A DNA stretch of 64,000 nucleotides, taken from Candidatus Eiseniibacteriota bacterium (GTDB lineage: Bacteria; Eisenbacteria; RBG-16-71-46). A model generated the notes under the pieces. The model had not been told where the DNA came from. It saw only the letters and a list, made by a program, of their open reading frames with translations, and did not search any database. Made by a program: the position numbers and the translations under genes. Each line of letters opens with the position of its first letter. Within the stretch, counting starts at the first letter, position 1. Shown here piece by piece: positions 41,586 through 52,178 of the stretch. The stretch lies in assembly GCA_963717935.1 (NCBI GenBank), contig CAVQXP010000004.1:1184001-1248000 (forward strand), given 5' to 3'.

Positions 41586-42302
41586 TCACTCGCGGCTGAG
41601 CTCGCCGGCAACCTTGTGCAACAGGGCACGGTCGCGGATGCGGATGTGGTCGCGCGCGAGCGTGACGATCCCGCGCTGCGCGAAGCCGCGCAGCACACGC
41701 GAGAACGTCTCGGGCGTGGTGCCGATCATCCGCGCCATGTCCTGGCGGCGGAGATGGTGCGACTGGAGGAGCGCTGGCTCGGCCGCATCCCGGTTGTCCT
41801 CGAGCAGGAAGAGCAGCAGGCGCGCCGCGCGCTGGCGGACCGGGCGGTGAAGCAGATCCATCATCAGATCCTCGGCCGTGCGCAGCTCGCGGGCCAGCTT
41901 CGCCAGCAACCCGAGCGCCAGCTCGGGCTCGTCGCGCAGCAGCTCGCGCAGGGTCGCGGCGGGGATGATGCAGACCTTGGAGTCCTCGACCGCCAGGGCG
42001 CTGGCGTGGTAGGGCTCGTTCGCCAGCAGCGGACGGTACCCGAGGAGCTCGCCGGGGCCGAGCATGCGCAGCACCTGTTCCTCTCCGTCGTGCCAGGTGC
42101 GGAAGACCTTGACCCGGCCGGAGTGGACGACGTAGAGGGCGTGGGCCGGCGCTCCGGCATAGAAGATCGTCTGTCCGCGCCGGAAGAGGTGCGTGGCCCG
42201 GTCCTGCTCGAGACGGTTGCGGGCCCGGGCGCTGAGACCGCAGCCGAGCCCGGTGGAGCGCGACTTGCAGACGGCGCAATGGTCGGGAGAGTCCTTTGCC
42301 AT
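41586..42302 (-). CDS. Crp/Fnr family regulator (FNR-like)
   Basis: N-terminal C-x2-C-x8-C plus a central Cys; cNMP fold; HTH with ETFSR. Confidence 0.88.
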   Translation of the reverse strand: MAKDSPDHCAVCKSRSTGLGCGLSARARNRLEQDRATHLFRRGQTIFYAGAPAHALYVVHSGRVKVFRTWHDGEEQVLRMLGPGELLGYRPLLANEPYHASALAVEDSKVCIIPAATLRELLRDEPELALGLLAKLARELRTAEDLMMDLLHRPVRQRAARLLLFLLEDNRDAAEPALLQSHHLRRQDMARMIGTTPETFSRVLRGFAQRGIVTLARDHIRIRDRALLHKVAGELSRE

Positions 42303-42514
42303 CAGGGCTCAATGGTCCCAGATTGAACTGCAGGGGCGCAAGGCGCGGCGGCGTTCCAGGCACCCGCTTCCCGGCGGCACCCCGCTCGTCGCCAGCGTGG
42401 CCCCATTCGTCCCATCGCGAGCACCACTCGTCGCCTCGTGATGGCGGCGCGGGCCAGCGGTCGGGCAGTGTGTCCGGACTCCGGGCACAGCCTTCGCACC
42501 CTGGAAGGAACGTC

Positions 42515-45157
42515 ATGAAAACGACAATCGCCGCCTTGCTGTCCCTCGCGCTGGCCACGGTCGCGATTGCTGCGGGTCCGGGCCAGAGCGTCCTCGAGGT
42601 GCGCGCGGTCCGCGCGACTTCGCCCATCGCGATCGATGGCGTCATCTCCGAGAGCGCCTGGCAGTCGGCGCCGATCATCGCCGACCTCAAGCAGAGCCGG
42701 CCCAACGAGGGCGCCGATGGCAGCCAGCGCACGGAAGTCCGCGTGCTCTACGACGAGCAGGCCCTCTACGTGGCCGCGCGCATGCACGACAGCCACGCCG
42801 ACTCGATCGTCCGGATGCTCTCGCGGCGGGACAACGGCATGCGCTCGGATGCGTTCATGCTGTACATCGACCCGTATCACGACCGCCGGAGCGGCTACTA
42901 CTTCGGGGTCAACGCCGCCGGCACGCTCTTCGATGGGACCCTGTCCAACGACGACAGCCGCAGCGCCTCGTGGGACGGTGTGTGGGATGGCTGCACGAAG
43001 GTGGACCGCGAGGGCTGGACGGCCGAGTTCCGGATCCCGTTCGCACAGTTGCGCTTCGCGCGGGCGGAGGTGCAGCGGTGGGGCATCAACTTCCACCGCT
43101 CGCTCTCTCGCGGGTTCGAAGAGAACATGCTCGCCTACACGCCCACCAACGAGAGCGGGTTCGTCTCGCGCTTCCCGACGCTCGTGGGCCTGGAGAACGT
43201 GAGTCCCGGCCGCGCCATCGAGGTCGTGCCCTACGCCACCTCGAAGGCCGAGTACCTGCAGCACGATCCGCTGGATCCCTTCGACGATGGCTCGCGGCTG
43301 ACGCCCAATCTGGGCGGTGACCTGCGCATGCCGCTGGGCGGCCGGCTCACCCTCAATGCCACGGTCAACCCCGACTTCGGCCAGGTGGAGGTGGACCCGG
43401 CGGTCGTGAACCTGAGCGATGTGGAGACGTTCTTCCCCGAGCGGCGGCCGTTCTTCGTCGAGGGCAGTCCGATCTTCGATGCCGGCCAGCAGGGGGCGAG
43501 CACCTACTGGAGCTTCGACACGCCCCGCCCCACGTTCTTCTACTCGCGCCGCATCGGGAGCGCGCCGCAGGGGAGCCTGCCGGACGACGCGGTGTTCGCC
43601 GACGTCCCGCACGGGACGACCATCCTCGGGGCGACGAAGGTCAGCGGGAAGCTCGGGGAGAGCGTCAACTTCGGCACCCTCCATGCGCTGACGGCGCGGG
43701 AGCGCGCCGATCTGCAGAACGGCGATCTCTCGCGCGTGGACGGTTTCGAGGTCGAGCCGCTCACCTACTACGGCGTGGCCCGGATGCTCAAGGAGTTCCC
43801 GGAGCGCCGCCACGGGCTGGGCGTGATCACCACGCTGGCCGCGCGCAGCTTCGAGGCGCGGCGCCTCGAGGACGAGTTCAACCGTTCCTCCGCGGCGCTC
43901 GCGATGGACGGCTGGCACTTCCTCGACCGCGGCAAGACCTGGGTGCTCTCGGGTTGGGCCGCCGGTACGCACGTGACCGGCACCGCGGCCCGCGTGACGT
44001 CCCTCCAGCGCAGCTCGTGGCACTACTTCCAGCGTCCCGACGCCGGCAGCTACCGGGTGGACTCGGCGGCCACGTCGCTGTCGGGCCTCGGCGCGCGCGT
44101 GTGGCTCAACAAGGAGAAGGGCAACTGGACCAGCAACTCGTCGGTCGGGTTCCTGAGCCCGGGCCTCGAGGTCAACGACATGGGCTACCTGAGCCGGTCC
44201 GACCTGATCGGCGGCCACGCGGGCCTCGGTTATCGCTGGACGAAGCCCACCCGGCACGTCAAGAACCACAACGCCTCGGCCGCCGTGTACGCCAGCCGGA
44301 ACTTCGACGGCGACCTCGTCGCCGCCGGTCTCTGGAGCGAGGCCTTCTGGTGGTGCGCGAACGACTGGGCCGTGTACTTCAGCGCCGCGTACAACCCCGA
44401 GACGGTCAACCCCCGGCGCAGCCGCGGCGGCCCGCTCATGCTGAACAAGCCCGGCTACCAGGCGTCCTACTTCATGGACACGGACGGCGGTCGCACCCGC
44501 TACTACTACCTCAACGTCGCCAGCGCCGCGCAGCCCGAGGAAGGCTCCTGGAACTGGAGCGTCAACCCGGGCATCAACTGGAAGCTCCGGTCGAACGTCT
44601 CGGTGAACCTCGGACCGGGCTTCGAGCGCTCGCGCGACGGCGCCTACTACTTCACGGCGCTGGACGACGCCGCGGCCACCGCGACCTTCGGACGTCGCTA
44701 CCTCTTCGCCGAACTCGAGCAGACGACGCTGTCCGCGAACGTCCGGCTCAACGTCTCGTTCACTCCGACCATGAGCCTGCAGTTCTACGGCCAGCCGCTC
44801 ATCGCGACGGGCGAGTACCGGGGCCTCAAGGAACTGGCGCGGCCGAAGAGCCTGGACTTCATCGGGCCGGGCGCGGGCGCGTGGACCTACGATCCGGCCA
44901 CCCGGCTGTTCGACCCCGACGGCGACGGGCCCGCGGGCGCCTACTCGCGCGACTTCAACTTCAAGTCGCTGCGCGGGAACGCCGTCTTCCGCTGGGAGTA
45001 CCGCCCCGGCTCGACCCTCTACCTGGTCTGGACGCAGGAGCGCACCGACGAAGAGCCGAGCAGCCAGCTCAGCGTCGGACCGTCGTTCCGGCGCCTCGTC
45101 CGCGCGGATGCGGACAACATCTTCCTGGCGAAGGTTACCTACTACCTGAACATGTAG
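42515..45157 (+). CDS. CBM9-like/DUF5916 outer-membrane protein
   Basis: Signal peptide; IDG...E..W, W..EFRIPF..LRF, NPDFGQVE.D, F.E.RPFF.EG; C-terminal KVTYY. Confidence 0.85.
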   Translation: MKTTIAALLSLALATVAIAAGPGQSVLEVRAVRATSPIAIDGVISESAWQSAPIIADLKQSRPNEGADGSQRTEVRVLYDEQALYVAARMHDSHADSIVRMLSRRDNGMRSDAFMLYIDPYHDRRSGYYFGVNAAGTLFDGTLSNDDSRSASWDGVWDGCTKVDREGWTAEFRIPFAQLRFARAEVQRWGINFHRSLSRGFEENMLAYTPTNESGFVSRFPTLVGLENVSPGRAIEVVPYATSKAEYLQHDPLDPFDDGSRLTPNLGGDLRMPLGGRLTLNATVNPDFGQVEVDPAVVNLSDVETFFPERRPFFVEGSPIFDAGQQGASTYWSFDTPRPTFFYSRRIGSAPQGSLPDDAVFADVPHGTTILGATKVSGKLGESVNFGTLHALTARERADLQNGDLSRVDGFEVEPLTYYGVARMLKEFPERRHGLGVITTLAARSFEARRLEDEFNRSSAALAMDGWHFLDRGKTWVLSGWAAGTHVTGTAARVTSLQRSSWHYFQRPDAGSYRVDSAATSLSGLGARVWLNKEKGNWTSNSSVGFLSPGLEVNDMGYLSRSDLIGGHAGLGYRWTKPTRHVKNHNASAAVYASRNFDGDLVAAGLWSEAFWWCANDWAVYFSAAYNPETVNPRRSRGGPLMLNKPGYQASYFMDTDGGRTRYYYLNVASAAQPEEGSWNWSVNPGINWKLRSNVSVNLGPGFERSRDGAYYFTALDDAAATATFGRRYLFAELEQTTLSANVRLNVSFTPTMSLQFYGQPLIATGEYRGLKELARPKSLDFIGPGAGAWTYDPATRLFDPDGDGPAGAYSRDFNFKSLRGNAVFRWEYRPGSTLYLVWTQERTDEEPSSQLSVGPSFRRLVRADADNIFLAKVTYYLNM

Positions 45158-45327
45158 GCGGGGCCCGCGGGCGCGGCGCCCGCGGCTCGCATTGGCGGCG
45201 AGCCAGTGGCCGAGCCGGCCGCTGGCCGTCCCCGGGACGGAAGGCCATGGAGTAGAATGACGCGGCCACCGCGTGCTCCGCAGGGGCGTACATCGGCGAA
45301 TCCCTGGCGTGACGAAAGGAAGGCTGA

Positions 45328-45861
45328 ATGGAAGTGCTCGGGCTGGTCGGCAGTCCCCGAAAGGGCGGGAACACGGACATCCTGGTGGACGCCATCCTGG
45401 ATGGCGCGCGCGGGAAGGGGCACCGCGTCGGGAAGGTCTACCTGCACGACTTCGAGATCGGGCCCTGCATCGACTGCCGCGGCTGCAAGCGGGGCGAGCA
45501 GGTGTGCGTCGTCGAGGACGGCATGCAGGAGATCTACGGCCGGCTGGATGCGGCCGAGGTCATCGTGTTCGGCACGCCGGTCTACTGGTGCGGTCCCTCG
45601 GGGACGATGAAGCAGACGTTCGATCGGCTGCGCCCGTACTATGCGAGCGAGCGGCTCAAGGGCAAGAAGGCGATCCTGGCGGTGCCCGCCGCGTCCGGTC
45701 CCGCCGAGGCAGACCTGCTGGTCCAGATGTTCCGCCGTTCCTTCAGCGCTCTCAAGGTCCGGCTCGTCGGGCAGGTGCTGGGAACGGGCTACGACGAGAA
45801 GGACATCCTCGCCGACGTGCAGGCCATGGAGAAGGCCACCGCGCTGGGCGCTGCGCTGTAG
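45328..45861 (+). CDS. Iron-sulfur flavoprotein / flavodoxin family
   Basis: GSPRK.GNT, C-x2-C-x2-C-x5-C, GTPVY. Confidence 0.88.
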   Translation: MEVLGLVGSPRKGGNTDILVDAILDGARGKGHRVGKVYLHDFEIGPCIDCRGCKRGEQVCVVEDGMQEIYGRLDAAEVIVFGTPVYWCGPSGTMKQTFDRLRPYYASERLKGKKAILAVPAASGPAEADLLVQMFRRSFSALKVRLVGQVLGTGYDEKDILADVQAMEKATALGAAL

Positions 45862-46221
45862 GAACCCGCTTCCCCGCGGCACGTCCGCTCGTGGCCAGCG
45901 CGGGCCTGGCCTGCAGCCGCGCGAAGCAGACCCCGCAGGTGACGGGAGGACCACAGCCCATCCGTCCGCGCGCCCTCTGGGTGGCCGGACCCCGAGCGAG
46001 TATGCTCGGATGACCTGCTTCGCCGGCGGGCTGAAGGAATCGCTACGCGCAAGACGGGGAGCCGGTCACACCTCGGCGATCGACCGTCACCTTGTCTGAC
46101 GTGTCTATGGCTATTGCCTGCGGGACCGGTCGGTATTACCTTTGGGACTGGAGCCCTCAGAAGGCGCACCGGCGCACCGCATCCGGGTGTCCAAGTCCCA
46201 CCGCGCACACCGGGAGGCCAC

Positions 46222-47665
46222 ATGCGCAGACGAATGCTGATGCTCCTCATTGCCGTAGTCGCCGTGTTCGCCACCTCGATGGTGGTGCAGGCTGAGCCAG
46301 TCAGCCCGTACTTCTACGTCGGCCCCGCGGGTGGCTACACCTTCTTCCGCGACTCCCTCGTGCTGAAGGACAACTTCTATGTCGGCGGCAAGCTCGGCTA
46401 CCAGTGGCTGCCCTGGCTCGGCCTCGAGGCCGTCGGCGGCTACACGCCCACCCAGGTGGATGTGCCCGCCGAGTCGGACATCACCTTCTGGCACGCGTCG
46501 GGGAATCTGGTCTTCTCGCCGTGGGGGACCCAGCCCGTGGTGCCTTACGTCTTCGTGGGTGGCGGCTACAGCAGCCTCAAGCTCAAGGATGCCGACGACG
46601 ACATGCACTTCGGCACCGGCGAGTTCGGCGCCGGGGTGCGCTACTGGTTCAACGACATGCTGGGGTTCCAGGTCGAGGGCCGCGGAATCCTGAGCCTCCC
46701 CAAGGAGAGCTGGTGCGGAGGACTACGAGCTGGACGAGATGGTGGCGAGTGCCGGTATCACGCTGGCCTTCGGCGGCAAGCCCCGTGACGCGGACGGCGA
46801 CGGCGTCTCCGACCGCAAGGACAAGTGCCCGGCCACGCCGAAGGGCGCGACGGTGGACGCGAGCGGCTGCCCGATCGACCGTGACGGCGATGGGGTCTTC
46901 GACGGTCTCGACGAATGCGCCAACACGCCGAAGGGCGCGACCGTGGACGCCAGCGGCTGCCCGGCCGACGGCGACGGGGACGGTGTATACAACGGTCTCG
47001 ACCAGTGCGCGGACACGCCGAAGGGCGCGACCGTGGACGCCAGCGGCTGCCCGACTGACAGCGACGGCGACGGCGTGTACGACGGCCTCGACCGGTGTGC
47101 GAACACGATCATCGGCTGCACCGTGGACGCGAACGGTTGCGCCACGGACACCGACGGCGACGGCGTGTGCGACGGCCTCGACCAGTGCCAGGGCACCGCG
47201 GCCGACCTCAAGGTGGACGCCGGCGGCTGCCCGATCGAAGTGGTCGAGCGCGAGACCGAGTTGCTCAACACCGGCATGATCCGGCTGCAGAACATCAACT
47301 TCGAGACCGCCAAGGCGGACCTGTTGCCCGAGTCCTATCCCACGCTCGACGTGGTGGGTCAGGTGCTCTCGAGGTGGCCGGACCTGCGGATCGAGGTGGG
47401 CGGACACTGCGACTCGCGCGGCTCGGCGGCATACAACCAGAAGCTGAGCGAGGCGCGCGCCCAGTCGGTGCTCGACTACCTGATGGGCAAGTTCTCGAAG
47501 CTCGAGCGCGGGCAGTTCGCCGTGAAGGGCTACGGCGAGGGCTCGCCACTCGTGCCGAACTCGAGCGCCCTAAACATGGCGAAGAACCGCCGGGTCGAGT
47601 TCAAGGTCCTCAACAAGGAAGTGCTCACGAAGGAAGTGGAGCGGCGCAAGATGTTGCAGAAGTAG
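46222..47665 (+). CDS. OmpA-family protein: beta-barrel, TSP3 repeats, OmpA C-domain (frameshift near 46715)
   Basis: Signal peptide, barrel strands, INF, GH.D..G...YN.KLS..RA, NRRVE. Confidence 0.88.
46787..47236 (+). repeat. Five tandem 90-bp thrombospondin type-3-like coding repeats
   Basis: DxDGDGVxDxxDxCxxTxxGxxVDxxGCxx five times. Confidence 0.85.
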
Positions 47666-47831
47666 CCGCACTTGAAGGTCGACTCCGCGGGCCGGCGGTT
47701 ACCGTCGGCCCGCGGCGCGTGTCAGCATCCACCCGACGGCCGATCCATCGCGGGCACGGGCTCTGGCACCATGTCTCTGCCCGCTCTCCGGACCGCGGTG
47801 GCCCTGGTGACCGGCTGCGCGTTGGAGTCGC

Positions 47832-47855
47832 AGACCGTAGCCAAGACCGTAGCCA
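47832..47855. repeat. 12-bp tandem duplication AGACCGTAGCCA
   Basis: Direct reading. Confidence 0.8.
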
Positions 47856-47907
47856 ACCGGGGCCGAGCACTTGCGCGAAAGCCCGTAACTCGTGCAATAT
47901 CGGCCCC

Positions 47908-47998
<91 letters not shown>

Positions 47999-48274
47999 CT
48001 TTGTGACGCCGCTCGGCGGCCGTCCGCCTCCCACGCGGCCCAGCCCGCGCTCGCCTCCGCGCCGCGCCGCTCGCCCACGACGCCGATCGCGGCCGCGGTC
48101 TTCCTTGGCGTCCTCCGGTCGCTCTTCCATGGCTCGGACTCGGGCCGTTGCGCACCTCCCCGGGGGCGCTCATGGACGCCCGAGCGGCGTCAAGCACGCG
48201 CCTCCCGCTCGGTTTGCCCGCTGCCGTGGGCCGTGGTAACGGTTCCGCCGCCGGTGAGCCCGGCGCAGAGGTAC

Positions 48275-48365
48275 GGAGAGATGTCCGAGCGGCTGAAGGA
48301 GCACGATTGGAAATCGTGTAGGCGCTAATACCGCCTCGAGGGTTCGAATCCCTCTCTCTCCGCCA
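48275..48365 (+). tRNA. tRNA-Ser (anticodon GGA)
   Basis: CACGA-TT-GGA-AA-TCGTG, long variable arm, CCA. Confidence 0.95.
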
Positions 48366-48396
48366 TCTGTTCACGACCACCACTGAGGAGCCCTCG

Positions 48397-48925
48397 ATGC
48401 GCGCGTTCGTCCCCGAGCTGACGAGACTCCCGAAGCGCAGAGTGCTGACAGTCACCACGGTCGGCAGCCCGAACAAGGCCGCGCAGCGCTGCGTCAACGC
48501 CCTCTTCGGCACGGCCTACGGGACCAAGTTCAACGTGCTATGCCCCGCGGAAGAAGAAGATGGTGATTGGGCGGCTGGCATGCCGCTGGATGAACGCGCT
48601 GAAGGCTCCGCCCTCGAAGTGGGAGGCGCGCTGGGGGCTCGAGGTCTCGAGCTTCGTCACGGGCCGCGACCTGCTGCAGGCGGATCCGAAGACGCGCGTC
48701 AGGGTGGCGGACTGGGACTACGATCTGGTGGCGCAGATCCTCCACAAGGGCTCGTACGCCGACGAGTGGCCGAGCATCGAGAAGCTGCACGCGTTCGTGC
48801 AGGAGAAGGGCTACCGGATCGTGGGGCCGCACGAGGAGGAGTACCTGACGCGGCCGGACGTGAAGGTGCCGATGACGATCATCCGCTACCGGGTGAAGAA
48901 GCGGGCGGCGCGCAAGCGCGCCTGA
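48397..48925 (+). CDS. GyrI-like small-molecule-binding protein (frameshift near 48540)
   Basis: G.PN, LF..AY..KF in frame 1; QILH.GSY..E..SI..L, G.H.EEYL..P, TIIRY.V in frame 2. Confidence 0.75.
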
Positions 48926-48969
48926 GCCGGAGCGACGACCCGGCGGCCCCGGGGGCGGCTCGGCCCGGC

Positions 48970-48997
48970 TTGACCTGCCCGGCACCCCTGATAGAAT
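48970..48997 (+). promoter_or_regulatory. Sigma70 promoter for tRNA-Ala/ffs
   Basis: TTGACC-N16-TAGAAT with extended TGn. Confidence 0.6.
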
Positions 48998-49061
48998 GCC
49001 CGTCGCCCGGTCGCTCGCGCGGCCTCAGGACGAGGCGCGCGGGCCGAACCCTCTGTCCTGT

Positions 49062-49137
49062 GGGGATGTAGCTCAGCTGGGAGAGCACCTCGTTCGCAAC
49101 GAGGGGGTCGGCGGTTCGAATCCGCTCATCTCCACCA
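49062..49137 (+). tRNA. tRNA-Ala (anticodon CGC)
   Basis: G3:U70 pair, CCTCG-TT-CGC-AA-CGAGG, CCA. Confidence 0.95.
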
Positions 49138-49144
49138 TCTTCTT

Positions 49145-49243
49145 GGGCCAGGCCCAGCGCAACCCGAACTTGTGAACCCCGCGAGGACCGGAAGGTAGCA
49201 GCGGTAAGCATGAAACTCGGGAGTGCCGCTGTACCCCTGGCCC
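49145..49243 (+). ncRNA. ffs: Signal recognition particle RNA (small type)
   Basis: GGGCCAGG/CCTGGCCC closing stem; domain IV GAGG.CCGGAAGG.AGCA; canonical position before dnaX. Confidence 0.9.
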
Positions 49244-49350
49244 TTACCCGAAGCCGTCGAGAGACCGCCTAGCCCAGCCCGGAGTGGGGATCCGTGCGGA
49301 GCACGGGTCAGGCGACCTCCCGGCGGCTTATGGGTAGAATGGGGATTGCC

Positions 49351-51226
49351 ATGGCCCATCGCGCTCTTGCCCTGAAGTACCGGTCGCAGACGTTCGCCGA
49401 CGTGATCGGGCAGGAGCACGTCACCGCCGTGCTCACCCGGGCGCTCGAGGGCGGTCGCGTCGCCCACGCCTACCTCTTCACCGGCGTCCGCGGCGTCGGC
49501 AAGACCACCTGCGCCCGCCTGATCGCCAAGGCGCTCAACTGCCAGCAGCGCGGCCTGGACGGCCACAGCGCCGGCGAGCCCTGCAACGAGTGCGTCTCGT
49601 GCCGGGAGATCACGACGGGCGTGGCGCTCGACGTGACCGAGATCGACGGCGCCTCGAACCGCGGCATCGCCGACGTGCAGGCGCTGCGCGAGAACGTCCG
49701 CTTCTCGCCGACCGGCGGCAAGCACCGCGTGGTCATCATCGACGAGATCCACCAGCTCTCGGGCGATGCCTTCGCCGCGCTGCTGAAGACGCTGGAGGAG
49801 CCGCCGCCGCACCTGGTGTTCGTCTTCGCCACGACCGACCCGCAGAAGCTGCCCGAGACGATCCGTTCGCGCACGCAGCGCTTCGACTTCGCGCGCGTGC
49901 CGCTGCGCAAGGTCGCCGACCGGTTGCTCGAGCTGCAGCGACGCGAGGCTGCGGACCCGGAGGGCATCCGCTTCGAGCTGACCGAGAGCGCGGCCCTGCT
50001 GCTGGCGCACAAGAGCGAAGGCTCGATGCGCGACGCGGTGAGCGCGCTCGACCAGGTGGTCTCGGCGGGCGAGACTGGAAGTGAACGACGAACTGGTGCG
50101 GCGGGTGCTGGGGATCGCCGACCGCGAGGCGTTCTTCACCATCGCGGGGGCGGTGCTCGGGCGCGACCCGAAGGCGGCGCTGCGGGCGCTGCACCAGGCG
50201 TTCGAGAAGGGCCTGGATGCGCGCGACCTGGCCGAGGGCCTGAGCGAGCACATCCGCCACATCCTGGTGCTCAAGGTGGACCCCGAGGCCGGCGACCTGG
50301 TGGCGCTGGCGCGCGAGGATCTCGAGCGGCTGAAGCAGCAGGGCGAGTCGTGGAGCGAGAACGACCTGTTGCGGCTGCTCAAGCTCGCGTCGGAGGCGCC
50401 CTGGCCGATGCGCGACAGCCCGCAGCCGCTCATCCACCTGGAGGCGGCGTTGCTGCAGATGGCCACGCTCGAACCGGGCGAGACGCTGGCCGAGATCCTG
50501 GCGAAGCTCGAAGCGCTCGAGCAGCGGCTCGGCGGCGCGCCGGCGGCACCGGGCGGCCGGCCGGCCGGGCCTGCGCGGCCCCCGGCGCCGCTGCCGGGCG
50601 GTGGAGCGCAGCGCTCGAGCGTGACTCCGGCGCCGCCGCGCCGCGCTCCGCCGGCCGCCGCTCCGCCCTGGACGCCGCCCGCGGCCGCTGCGCCCGCCTC
50701 CACGCCAAGGGCCTCGGCGCCTGCGCCGCCCGTGGCCGTGGCCCCCGCTTCGCCGGTGGCCGTGGCTCCCGCTTCGCCCAGGCCCGCCGCGCCGCTCTGG
50801 CCGAGCGTGACGGCCGGCGCGGACGCTCCGGTCGCGACCCTCGACGCCGAAGTCGAGTGCGACGAGGCGGCCGAGCGCTGCTGGCGCGACACGCTCGCCG
50901 GTCTCAACGCGCGCAAGCGCATGCTGGGGGCATTCCTCGAGGAGAGCCACTTCGTGGGGCTCGCGGGCGACGCGCTGGTCGTGGCGATGGACCACGTGCA
51001 CTGCATGGTGGTGAAGGAGAAGGAGAACCTCGCGCTGGTCACGGAAGAGGCGCGACGCGCCTTCGGGCGCTCTCTCGAGCTGCGTTGCGTCCCGCTGGAG
51101 GCCTCGCAGCAGCGGCGCCGGCCGGCGCTCGAGGACGTCGCGCCCATGGTCGAGCGCGCGATCGAGTTCTTCCAGGGCGAGGTGATCGAGCCGAAGAGCC
51201 GCCGCGGCGAAAGGACGGAGGAATGA
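49351..51226 (+). CDS. dnaX: DNA polymerase III gamma/tau (frameshift near 50077)
   Basis: KYR..F..VIGQ, G.RGVGKTT, EIDGAS, DE.H.LS, LLKTLEEPP; second frame holds domain III and the Pro/Ala linker. Confidence 0.92.
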
Positions 51227-51528
51227 AGAGTTTCGGTGACATGGTGAAGCAGGCCCAGAAGCTCCAGAAGCAGATGGACGCGGCCCAGGAACAGCTCGCC
51301 GGGATGCGCTTCGAAGCGAGCGCGGGCGGCGGCCTGGTCAAGGCCGTGGTGGACGGCAAGCAGATGCTCAAGGAGCTCTCGATCGGTCCCGAGGCGCTGA
51401 AGGAAGGCGACGTCACGCTGCTCGAGGACCTGATCCTGACGGCGGTGGGAGAAGCCCAGCGCGCCTCCGAGGCGCACATGCAGGAGACCATGGGCAAGCT
51501 CACCGGCGGCCTCGGGCTGCCCTTCTAG
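51223..51528 (+). CDS. ybaB: YbaB/EbfC nucleoid-associated protein
   Basis: KQAQ..Q, AGGGLV, LEDLI..A; dnaX-ybaB-recR synteny. Confidence 0.92.
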   Translation: MKSFGDMVKQAQKLQKQMDAAQEQLAGMRFEASAGGGLVKAVVDGKQMLKELSIGPEALKEGDVTLLEDLILTAVGEAQRASEAHMQETMGKLTGGLGLPF

Positions 51529-51543
51529 CCCCCGGCCCCCGAC

Positions 51544-52144
51544 ATGTACTCCTCCAGGTTCCTCGAACTGCTCATCGAAGAGTTGGTCAAGCTCCCGAGC
51601 GTGGGCCAGAAGAGCGCCCAGCGGCTGGCGCTGCACCTGATGCGCGTGCCGAAGGAGGAGGCCCTGCGCCTGGCCGAGGCCATCCGCGCGGCGCGCGAGA
51701 AGGTGGGCTTCTGCAGCGTATGCGGCCTCTTCAGTGAAGAGGACCCCTGCCTGATCGACCGCGATCCCGCAGCGCGACCCGCAGCTGGTGTGCGTGGTCG
51801 AGCGGCCGGCCGACGTGCTGGCGTTCGAGCGCACGGGCTCGTTCCGCGGCCGCTACCACGTGCTGGGCGGGGCGCTCTCGCCGCTCGACGGGACCCAGCC
51901 CGAGGACCTGCGCATCCGCGAGCTGCTCGAGCGCCTGCGCACCGAGCCGATCCAGGAGATCATCCTGGCGACCAATCCCAACGTGGCCGGCGAGGCGACG
52001 GCGCTCTACCTGTCCCGCCTGCTCGCGCCGCTCGGCGTGAAGGTCACGCGCATCGCGCGTGGCGTGCCGATGGGCTCCGACCTCGAGTACTCCGACCAGG
52101 TCACTCTGGCCCGGGCGCTCGAGGGCCGGCGCGAGTTCGAATAG
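51544..52144 (+). CDS. recR: Recombination mediator RecR (frameshift near 51768)
   Basis: LP.VG.KSA.R, CVVE...D, YHVLGG.LSP, EIILAT...GEAT, G.P.G..LEY.D. Confidence 0.92.
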
Positions 52145-52178
52145 GCTCCCGCATGCCGCCCCCCGGGCGTACCCGGCC

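Noticed and set aside
46787..47236. CRISPR-like repeat array
   Set aside because: In-frame 90-bp TSP3 coding repeats of OmpA, with no unique spacers and no cas genes.
38830..47900. Integrated prophage or ICE at the tRNA genes
   Set aside because: No integrase, phage or conjugation genes, and no duplicated tRNA 3' end found.
50060..50100. Programmed dnaX frameshift producing gamma
   Set aside because: The shift precedes domain III, which gamma needs; there is no A-run slippery site; similar indels occur throughout the window.
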